From: Nageia nagi
Taxonomy: Eukaryota; Plantae; Pinophyta
Assembly (NCBI GenBank): GCA_050084985.1
Contig: JBITNC010000001.1
Location: 18,476,001 to 18,540,000 of the forward strand
Direction of reading: 5' to 3'
Length of the DNA stretch: 64,000 bases
Below the pieces are notes generated by a model. That model had not been told where the DNA came from. It did not search any database and saw only the letters and a program-made list of their open reading frames with translations. The position numbers were made by a program, and so were the translations under genes. This document shows, piece after piece, positions 27,801 through 39,900 of the stretch (positions are counted from its first letter, which is position 1; each line of letters starts with the position of its first letter).

Positions 27801-30800
27801 AAAAGTCCTTCACATACTTAGGGAGTTTATAAAGCATGTGGATTTAATTCCCACAACCTAACTCATACTCAGATTTCATCACTGAAATGGAAGCTTCTTC
27901 CTATTCAGGATAGATTCCTATAGAGGGTACCTGAGAAACCTGTAAAATATTTCACACCCTTAGAGATTGAGCCTTAACCTTTAAAATGCTTGACTAAAAT
28001 CATCTTTAAGGAAACTACATAACGTTGCATCAAAATTTACAAAGTGCATTAAAATAAATCCTAATTAAAAAGATAAAGAGTCAATTTAACAAAGAAGAAA
28101 TTAGATAAATAATTGAAGATTTTTATCCCTCACTATTATTATCTTATCATTTAGAATTTATCTTTTGAAAAGAGTACATCATTTAGATTGAGTGATTTAC
28201 ATACATGCATTACAAAGATATTTTAACAAAACTCTATCTTGGTGTTAATTATTTTATTGCTGCATATTATTTTATTCTTCTATTTATAAGCTTATTTATT
28301 TAAAGTTCTTAATGAGTAATTTATCATATCGTATCTTTACTATGCATACATCATGGATGATAATCCTTGGTCCATTCACATGGTTGAGACCAAGGGTAAA
28401 ATTAGGGCTAGAGAGCACAAAAAAGAGGAATAAAATAATAAGGTAAATCATCCAACTCCTCTTCCTCATTTGCATGTCCCTCATATTCAATCATGTACAC
28501 CTAATCATTCATCGCATCTTGAACCCATCCATTCATCGCCTCATCTCTCTTTTGGTCAATAATTAGAGAGATTTCATTTTCTTGACTCCACTCCTCAATA
28601 GCAAGGGAGAGATCATGTGTCATGTTGTAGAGCTAACACATCACATATAGGAGTTCATCCTAGTTTTGAGTATCCTACATCACATTGTTAGGTTGATCCC
28701 TCACATGTTGATTCTTATCATGTTCCATAGTGTGGATTTAAGCATCTTGTACCATGTCCAAGACTTAGTTTTTCTCATGCTTCTCCCCATCCCATAGACT
28801 TAGTTTTTCTCATGCTTCTCCCCATCCCATAGAGCCACTATTATCTCAATAAGAGTTATTCATGAGTGATCCCATAGTCTAGTCATTATATCAGGAGTTT
28901 TAAGAGACCCAGTTTGATCCATCATGTGCACCTAATCGAATACCTACACCACCTCATATTCTTATAGTATAGGTTACCCATGCTAGGAATTCTTAGTATA
29001 AGGAAGAAGATGGCCATATAGATGATGTTTCTATGTCATCTATTACTAGGTCATATTTATCACATCTCTTTGTACATTATATTATAGAATAGGATCACAA
29101 GGTAACTTATCATGAGGAACCACTATTACGTCCTAGGTCACTTGCTCATGTCAATGCTTTACATGATATACCCCCCTCCTCACCCTAAACCAGTCATGTT
29201 TAGGTCATCACAGGGTCCTCCAGGTCCTCCTCTAGGTGGTCCTCCTATACCTACATTTTTTCCTCTTATTAGTCCTAATATATGTGTTATTACATTCTAT
29301 AGACCACCACCATATCTTCCAAATGATTGGGTTGGATACTATTATGATGATCCTTCTTTTACACACTAACCTAAAGCATAATGTCAATTTCTTTTGTTGC
29401 ATGGCCATGAGTCTTCACTTCATCTTATCCTATGTCATGTTCATCCTACTATACCTCATGTTCCTGAGTCTCATATGCAATATGAGGTCTCATCTAGAGT
29501 TCACATAGGACATGGATCTCACTCATACCCGATCAATCCACTACTAAAACCACATTATTCTCTTCTCATGTGGTGGTACCTCCTAGACAAGTATATGTAT
29601 AATAGCTTGAAGATCCTCCTCATGCATATGCTTGTCCTAGATCCCTTGTACCACATTATGATCATGGGTACAATGAATCTTATCTTCATTACCAAGTCTC
29701 TTTGCTTGGACACTCTAGATTTTTGAGTCACCATGAGTTGCAGGATCCATATACTAAAGGGTTTTGGTTCAAAATCGCATAAGCTTTGCACCTATAGTGA
29801 TGTTTAACACATGAAAACATTGCCATTCATATGGGTAGGATCAAGATCCATATTATGACATGTATGACTAGTATGATTATTATCCTATCAGTCAGGTTCC
29901 TAAATAACATACCATTATTAGCATTCAACCTCCTAGCATCGATGATGAAATCTTAAAGAGGTTGAAGTATATGGAACTTATATTCAGTGACCATGGGAAA
30001 ACTAAATTATCTTACACATCAATTTGTAATGAGCCTATCCATCCAAGTGTAGCTATAATAGCCTCCATTATACGTTTCAAATTCCAAAGGGGAAAGAGGA
30101 TCCTAAAGAGCACCTAAGATAGTTCAAATACTCATGCTACATCATCAGTAGTGATGATGTGTTAATGCTTAGGATCTTTCCCATGATGCTTGTGGGAAAA
30201 GACCTAGAATATTATAGAAATCTTACACAACACAAAATATAGTATTTTGAACATTTGGCTAACAAATTTCTAGATCATTTTGCTATCAAAGTCTAAAAGA
30301 GGGCATCTATCACAAAGTTGGGCAAGTTATCATAGTTTTATGATGAATCTATTTCAAATTATGTTTGTATATGGAGAGAAGTTATTATAGACATGCATTA
30401 TACACTTCCTTAGGATAAGTTAGTAAAAATATTCTCTAGTGGTTACAATAAAACTATTTCTTGTATACTTAAAATTCAGTAGCATCATACCTTTAAGGAT
30501 GCTTTATCACAATCTAAGTTGATAGAGGAAGCCAAGGTTCAATATGTTGAAATAAAGCTAAGGAAGAAAGAGAACAATAATAAAAAATATTGTAATAATG
30601 ACAATAATCCAAGTACTTCTTATCAAAAACATTAGAGTAATCAAGTCTCTCAGGATGTTAATCACACTCAACTAGTTGTAAAATTAGCTCCACCACATCC
30701 AGGGCCAATCCATCTATGCAACAATCAAACACAAGAGAGACCTAGGAAAAATAATGTTCAACATAATTAGCAAGATAATTAGACTTAGGTAACCTCAACA

Positions 30801-33800
30801 GTAAGGGGCATGCAAATCATGGACACCTTTGGTCAAACTTGTAGAGGATGTTTTGAAAAAGTTACTTGATGCATAATTGGTAAATCTCCCTAAAATCAAA
30901 CAAGAATATCCTAATTAGGAGAAACCAATATGGTATAAGGATAATGAATATTGCATTCATCATAGATAAAAAGTTCATGAAACTAATAAATGTAATCAAT
31001 TACGAAATGTTATCCAAAGATTAATTGATAATGGGAAAGTCTCCATGGGAAATCTAATGGCCCAACCTAGTAGAAACTTGGGGGTCTTCCAAGATCCACT
31101 TCCAAGACATAACAATAATATCAATCACATCTTATCAAATACCTTGCAAGAATTTATTCATGACTAATCCAAGGTAATCTAATGCATTTATGGAGTCCAT
31201 TAACATAGCATTAGATTTTTTATTTATGGGAGGTATTGATATTACACTAGATTATGAGTTCATGGGAGTTATAGATGCACCAATAACTTATTAGATTATG
31301 GAATTTCATGATACCAATATGGTCAATTTCACCACTATAATAGGTATAGTACATGATAGAGTCCCCCTCCCCTTCCTAGGCAAGAATTCAACAACTTCTA
31401 CCTCAATATATAGTTCATATATAGACACAACCCCCACAACCAATAGTGACAATTCAGACATAGTTATTTAAAAAACATCTTCAAACAAAGCTCTCTTTAT
31501 AAGATTTATTTCAGAAATAAAAAGAACATAGGGATGCCTTGAATAACATCTTAAAAGTAATAGAGCTAGATGATGATAATCTGAATTCTTTTGGAGACTT
31601 CATTGGGGTAGTACAAAGTGCCACAAGACATGGAATTACTCTTTATCATTATGAGATACAACATCCTCCACCAGATAAGCCTAGGTATCCTGCATTATAT
31701 ATAGTAGCTTACGTGGATTCTCATCCTTCAAAAAAAGTGCTAGTCAAAATGGTATAATTAATGTCATATCTTCAATGGAACTTGAAAAGCTTAAGGTTCC
31801 TATTCAGTTTCTAAATGCACCCACTCTTATTATAAGGGAATCTAATAATACCTTTCCAACTACAATGGGTACAATAATACTTCCAATCAAGGTCAAAGTT
31901 AAAGAGATTATGGTGACATGTCATGTGGTAGAGAGGTAATGCAATATAATTTTCTCTTAGGCCAACAATGGATTGAGTATATGGAGTTAGTTCCTTCTAA
32001 ATTGCATAAATGTTTAAAGTATATACATAATGAAATGGTACATTGCATAGTAGGTGATTCAAACCCCTTCAATCACTACAACTCTATTTTCTTCCTGAGT
32101 CTCCTTAGATGACATGTGGACATCTTTTTCCAATCATCATTCTTGTCAACAATGATCCTAATCCATAATATTCAAGTTCATAAGAACCCCCATGCTCGAC
32201 TCTTCCTCCTATTCAACCAATCATTTCTTTACAACCATGTTCATCTCCATCTAATGTGGTTCCCTTTATATGTCATGATGGTATGTATCTTGAGGATCCT
32301 ATGAACACTTCTTCCAAATCTTAGACCTCTTCTACTTCCATTTGTAGAAACAATTATCCATCATATCATAATATGCCACCACCAAGTAGTTTCCACTCTC
32401 CTTCTTATTTAGCATTTTATCCACTTCAGGAAGATGAACTCTCTTCCTCTTAGGTTGACCTTGATCCTCTCCACCAACATCATGTCAGTCACATTATTTC
32501 ACCACCTTCAAATTCCCTTTAGTATGAATGTCTTGGTAAGGGGGGTATCATAGTAATGATGTTGTTGTAGATATTCCTATTGCATGAGACTTAGGGATAC
32601 CTCAAGAATCCCCACTGGTCCTAAGATATGTCATCCCACTAGGCCAGCATCTGAACCAATCATTTTTTTTCTAAATAGGTACTGATTTACCTAAGAATAT
32701 TCCCCTTGAGCATCATCTTAAAGAAAATTTTTATGCAAAAATTGAATATCTATCGTATCCTAAACTAGTGCATAGAATCTTTACCATATGTAAATGGCAA
32801 GGATATGGCTTAGGAAAATTTGAGCAAGGTCAAGTTCATGCTTTCTCTATTTCTTTTCAGCCTAACCATGATAAATGAGGTATAGGGTTTAGTGGCCCTA
32901 AACTTAAGCCTCTAGAAATACAACTCAAGCATATTAATATTCTAGAGCAAGAGGTGCACCATAATGATGTGCATGATCTCAATTTGTATTTTGGATCATC
33001 TAATCCTCATGCCTCAGAGTGTTCCATCCCTAACAATTTCTTCCATGATCTTTCTTGTGAGTTTATCTTTTATGTTTCTATGGTTGCTTTTGATAATTTG
33101 TCTCCTTTTATCACTCTTATGGATTGCAATTTATAATTTTTTTTTTCTTTTGATTTCATAGATTTCTCATCTCCTTTGTCATCACCTTTTTTTTTCTTTG
33201 ATAGTGCATCTTTTCCTCATGATTTCCTTGATGAAGCTTCATCATCAAAATTGGCTTCTTTAATTTATAGTATGGATAATGATGATTATGAATACCTTCC
33301 CATATTTAATAAGTTAGAGAAGGGATTGCACATGCACTTAGGCAAGTTAGTGATGACCCTAAGGATCCTAAAATAGTGTATTTGGGAGATGTGTTAGATG
33401 AGTTAGAAAGAACAAAGGTGACCTAAATTATTAAGAGTTATTCCAATATATTTATGTTCAACTATCAGGATATGCTAGGAAAGGATCCTAATATTTATTT
33501 CCACAACATTATAGGTATCTTTATGCTAAGCCATTCAAGAAGAAGCCTTGTAAGATCAACCCTTCCTAGTCATTATAAATTAAGGATGAGCTTAAGAAGT
33601 TGTTAGATTCTAAGTTTATATAGATTACCATCAATGGATCTCTAACATGAATAATGTCAGTAAACTAGAAGGTATTATCATAATTTACATTGATTTTAGA
33701 AACCTTAATGTGGCATGTCCCAAGGATGATTTCTTGTTGCCCAACATAGACACATTGGTCAACAATATAGTAGGATATGAAATTTTCACCCTTATGGATG

Positions 33801-33995
33801 GTGTTTTTGGCTACAACCATATTTGGGTGGCCCCTCAATATCAACACAAAAAACTATTCATTACACCATTGGGGCATATTCTATTACAAAGTGATTCCCT
33901 TCAGGCTTAAGAATGTTGGTGCCACCTATCAATGTACTATAGATGACTTATTGGCCAATTCTAGAACAAGGAATCAACATTGGGAGGTTCTGGAG
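24860..33995 (+). mobile_element. Degenerate Ty3/gypsy Ogre/Tat-type retrotransposon (probable LTR/leader, His/Pro-rich region, gag, protease, G-patch, RT) cut by the copia at 33996
   Basis: gag GKEDPKEHLR (~30090); Cys/His knuckle-like motif (~30950); YNFLLGQQWI..PSKLHKCLKY (~31945-32030); RT IDFRNLNVACPKDDFLLPNIDTLV, LMDG..GYNHI, GATYQ, IDDLLANS (33647-33995). The 5' boundary is uncertain. Confidence 0.85.
28761..28833. repeat. Perfect 35-bp tandem duplication
   Basis: AGACTTAGTTTTTCTCATGCTTCTCCCCATCCCAT x2 followed by AGA. Confidence 0.9.
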
Positions 33996-36900
33996 TGAAG
34001 GATTTGAGCCTTAAATAACACAATCCTAAACTACTAATATATATTGTAAGTTCACTCAAACATCAATTTACTCAAAGCTTAACAATCTCACAAATTGACT
34101 CAAGATATAAAATAGTTCCTCAAACTAAGAGTACATCCACTATCAAAGATTTTTTTTTATTCACAAAGATAACTCTCTTACAATAATTCTTTCTACATCT
34201 TTTAATCACTATCTTAGAGCATAACTTTGCTTCACAATTGTTGTGTGATCACAAAGAGGAGGGCTTCTATTTATAGGCCAAAATATCCCTTTAGATCACC
34301 CTTTTAACCATAGTACAAAGGCATGACATGCTTCACCCTTTTACCCAAGGGGCATGCTCATGAGATGGAGTGTAGGATAAGTTACATTATCATATTTACT
34401 TCAATAGTTAAGGTATCCAGGGATACCATTACGTATTAGTGAATTGATAAAAAAAAACATTACAAAACCTTACAATAATTCATTATATATTCCAACACTC
34501 CCTCTTAATGAAATGTTAGGATAAAGTGAAGAAGAGAGAAGAAAGAGAGAGTAAGAGAGTTCTCCTCCATACAAATACAATCAAAGATGAGAACTTTTTA
34601 CATCTTTATGAAGTAAGCAAGATCTTAGTTTGAGAATCACTACTTTACCATTCTAACAAATGGTTTACAATACAATCATTAACCATACCTGGTTTTAATG
34701 TACATAAAGTAGTCATCCAAGTGGAAGTTGACATGATTAGCCTCCATGAACTTGCATACCTGAAGTAAGTAATTTGCAATCTTAAAAGAAACTTACAAGC
34801 TACAAGTAGCTCAAATAACAAAATTAGTTATATGCAACACATTCATATCAACAAGGATAGATGAATCAAACAATGCCATCCTAAATTGATCAATGGTGCA
34901 TTATAAGTCATCACGAAGATTCTAAACCAATACTCAGTCACCTATTGTATACAAAATATGTGTTGATTATCATTACAAAATGCACATACAAGGTCCTCAC
35001 ACATGGATAATTGAATATTTTAAAAAGACACATACATGATCCTCACAGATAGATAACTAAATAGTGCTAGGATGATCAATCATTTGCTTAAAAAAATATA
35101 CAAATTCTTCACATGAAGCGAACTTACCATGGTGTACAACAAAATCAACACTATACAACATAAAATCCTCTTAAGGGTGAAGTTATCATCATAAATATGA
35201 ATTCAACATAATAATTCATACTTCACTCCCTCTTGAGGGCAACTTCACCAACTTGATAGCATCCCTAAGCTTACTAAATTGAGCTTCAAGAAGGGGTTTG
35301 GTAAATAAATCAATGAAGTTCAAGGTTGATGGACAATACTCTAGGTGTATAATGCCATTAAGAATCTTTTCTCTAATGAAATAGGATTGGATTTATAAAT
35401 GTTTTATTCTCTGATAGAACATAAGATTCTTAGCCAAAGAAATAGTTGATTAATTTTTTTAAAAAATCATATATGGCCTAGCTTTCTCATACCCAATTTC
35501 TTTTAGAAGATGCCTAATATAATATTGTTAGAATTTGTAATGAAATATTGTGAATATCTAAACTCCTTGTAAATTCAATTAATCACTTAAAGGATATGTA
35601 GATACCTTAAGGGATTAATTGAATTCTTTATTATGTGTTGACTTTGACCTTACCATGGGATTAATTGGTAGGTTAAAGTTAGGTCATACATTTATTGTAA
35701 CCCTAACCTTACCCTTGGGTTAAAGGGAGGTTAGGGAGGTGCTCTCATGCTATAAATAGAGGGCCTCTCCTCTTGTAAAACAACCAAGTTTTTTGGAGTA
35801 AGATTACTCTACTAGTTTGTGTAGGAGAGAAAGAGAATTGTAGTAAGAGGTGCATAGATTGAGAATTGAGAACTAGTTGTGGATGTACTCCCAAGGAGGG
35901 AGGAACCACATTATATTTGTGTTATCTTGTGTGAATGGTGTTATGTTGAATGATTGAGTTTCCTAGTCTTGGACCTTGAGAATTAGAGTAGGTCTAATTC
36001 CTTCAAATATAGCTTCTTAGGTTGCAATAGACATGGCTCAGTATTTGGATTCTATGGTGGAAAGAAAAATAGTAGGCTGCTTCTTGGAAGCCTAAGAAGT
36101 AGAACTTGGATCAATGTTGAATACATACGTAGAGTTTGATTTCCTATCATCTCTGTCTCCCTTATAGTTAGAATCTAAGAACTCTGAGAGAAAAAATGAG
36201 GGCAACTTGAAATATTTGAGAGCAAGATCCTTCATCCCTAAAACATATCTCAAGATTTGCTTAAGAGCATTAAGATGTGCAACATATGATTTCTACATGA
36301 ATCGATCATTAGATTCATTACAAAGGCAATATCTAGCTTGGAAATAGTCAAATCAAGAAGACTTCAAATTAATTACCTATAACTTGTAGCATCTACCAAC
36401 TATGAGTTGAAGCTAAGAGAAATAATGATTCCAAGAGAGATTAGAATCATAGCATGTCTACACTTTTCCATTCCAAACTTTTGCAAGATGTCTAATATAT
36501 ACTTGAATTGATTGAGATACATATAATTCTTGTATTGGTATACTTGCTTTCCAAGATAGTAGTGCAAGAGATCAAGATCAATCATTTTAAATGTTACCTT
36601 AAGCTTGGATATACACTCTTGAATGATTTCATCATTATTCCTAGTTATTAGAATATCATTCACATAAATGAGAATCAATACCATGTCTTTTCTTTAATTT
36701 AGTACATAAAGATCAGAGTCAAAGAAGCACTTGGATAATATAATATTTGCAAAGCATCCTAAAATCTTCTTATACCAGGATCTAGGTGCTTGCTTAAGTC
36801 CATACAATGACTTCTTTAGATTGCACACAAATAAATCTTTTCCTTCCATAATAAATCCTTCTAGTTGATTCATGTAGATTTTCACATCTAACTCACCATT

Positions 36901-39900
36901 GAGAAATGCACTCTTTATGTCAAGTTAAAAAAATTTCATCTTTGAGTTGTTGAAAGAGAAAGGATAATTTTGATAGTAGGCATCTTTGCCATGGGAGCAA
37001 AGGTTTCCTCATAATCAACACCATATTTTTGAGTAAAACCTTTGGCCACTAGCCTTGTCTTGTATTTCTCAATATCTTCAATTAAATTAAACTTGACCTT
37101 GTAGATCCATTTATTGCTAATCACATTCTTCTCATTGAGATAAGAAACCAAATCCCAAGTTTTATTTTTTATAAACATCTCATACTCCACTTTCATGGCT
37201 TTCATCCAGAACCCATGCTTTGAAGCTTCTTTGAACGATGAGGTCTCATTCTTGTTATCAATTTTGGAAGTAAGGATTTGTTCAAGGTTATACTCCTTGT
37301 TATCCTTTGCATTGAAGAATTTCATTCCTAAGGTGACTTATCTACAGCAATATCTAACCAGCTTGGTGCAACTGATGAGTCATCTAGATCATCAACATCC
37401 TCATTAGAACTAACTTCTTTAAGAATTTAATTGGACTTTACATCCCTTGATATGAACATAGCTCTATAAGATAAAGTGTAGATCTTATAGCGTCTATGTT
37501 GATGATCATAACTAACAAAGATGCATTTGTCAACTTATTTATCTAACTTTTTTCTTTTCTTAGAAATAATATAGGAGAATGCTTCACAACCAAACACCTT
37601 AAGATGAGAAATATTAGGTCTTATTCTTTTCCAAGCCTTAAAAAGAGTTTTCTCTTGAATGATTTTTGTGGGACACTTATTCAAGATGTAAATTACAATG
37701 CTCATAGCTTCACCCTATAAAAACTACGAAGATTACCCAACATACATATAGCCATATCCATAATTATCATGTTTTTCCTTTTGATAATATCATTTTGCTG
37801 AGGAGTGTAAGGAATCATAAATTGCCTTTTGATTTCATACTTGGCGCAATAGACATTGAACTCATTGTTGTTATATTCTCCCCTATTATGTAATCTCAAG
37901 GTCTTGATTTTAAGGTTAGTCTAATTTTCAACTAAGGCCTTGAAATTTTTAAAACTCTCAAAGGTTTGATCCTTATGCTCATGTAGATAGCCAAAATTCA
38001 TCCTACTAAAGTCATCAATGAAGGTTAATACATAAGATGCTCCCCCAAGTGACTTAGTCTGAAATATACCTATCAAATTTGAATGAACAAATTAAAGAGG
38101 ATGAGATGCCCTTGTTGCCTTATCTTTTTCAAACCTTTGTCTATTCATCTTTCCTAGGATGCACTTCTCACACAAACTGATTGAAGGTGAAATTGAACTA
38201 AACCTTCCATAAGTTGTTGGTCTTTCATGACTTGAATACTCTTATGGTTAAAGTTCCCTAAATATTGGTGCCAAAGATTACCTCTAGAACACACATTTGT
38301 AGTAAGACACATCTTTGTTAAAAATTGATCCATAATGTAAAGATCCTCTTTCACTGATCCTTTAACCAACATGGCAAGTCCCTTCTTAATACACCAAGAG
38401 TGTGATTCGAACTCAAATGAGTATACTTTTTATGCAACTTGAATCAAGAAGATAAGGTTCATCTTGAACTTAGGAACATAAAGCACATTTTTCAAGAACC
38501 TTCCTATGAATCAACACACTTCCAATTCTTTGAACTTTAAGAATTAAATTATCACCAATCACAACTGCAACTTTTCTATACTTATAAAAATTTTCAACCT
38601 TATCATTTTCAAAGCATAGGTGATTAGTGCATTTAAAGTCAACAATCCATTCATACAAGAAGAAGCAAGTCGTGGAATAGAGCCTAGCAACAAGTCCAAC
38701 TTTTATATTCTATGGTCAACAATCTAATTGCACCCACAAGCAATAAGTTGGATCCTAAAGTCAATAATTTTATTCAAGTAGATGGTAACATTTTCATCTT
38801 CCCTAGACAAGATTGAAGTAAATTTTACATAATAGTGAACCTTTTTGAAAATTTAGATCCAAGGTAAATTTTCTTGAGCTTATCTCATGCTTCATTTGCT
38901 AAGGTTGATGATGAAATCATAAGGAGCACTTCATCTAACATTGCATGAAAAATCATGAAGGTTGCTAATTCATTCTTTGTGTTGTATGCCTCAAGTGCTT
39001 TTTCATTTGTAGGAGCAACAAGGTTCTTATTAATTATCTGTCAAATTTTCTTTGCTTGCAATTTAACTCTCATCTGAGGTTCCCAAATACCAAAGTTGGA
39101 ACCATCGAGAATGTGCTTAGGTAAGAAGGTGTCTCACATTTGCTACATAAGAATGTGAAAAGTAAGCATGTGGTCTAAAATAACATTACATGTTTAGATT
39201 TAATCATCTATACATGTTTTAGATTTATTCAAGTAAATCAATCATACATGTTAAATTTAATAAAAGGACATGCTTAATTTGTTTAAACAAAGTTCACATG
39301 TGCAAATGTTTACAATATAAACACATAATACATCCCATGTATTTGACACTTTTATCATCACCAAGTACCATAAATGTAGAGGGATAATGTTGAGGATTAT
39401 TTTCTTATTTAAAATTAGACCTTCACCTAGATATCGTAAGGTGGAACCCAGGTACTATCAATCTTCTTCTAGTTTACCTTGGGCAGTAACATACTCTCAC
39501 AAGGAGGAGTACCTACTATTTTTCAAAGTTGTGATGTATGTTAGATCAACCAAATTATTAATCTTGATTAGGTTTTAAGTTATCCTCGTAGGTTTTCAAG
39601 ATAATTCTTAAATGAACATGTGAACATGTGGTATCACTACACACATATCTATCCACCTATTGGAGTTATATCCAAACTAATAAAGAATTTAGGAGCAATT
39701 AATAAGTACAAAATTTTTACCATTTGGATCATCATACTAAAGGCTCCAATCTGCCTTATCCTCACCTTGTGACTCCCCAAACAAGTCATGTTGCGAAATG
39801 TACCTATGGATGTATTCATTTTAGGGGTTTGCACATTCAATTTTTGCAATTTTGCATAAATAAAGCAAAGATATAAACATAAAGTAAAGTGCATTTAAAA

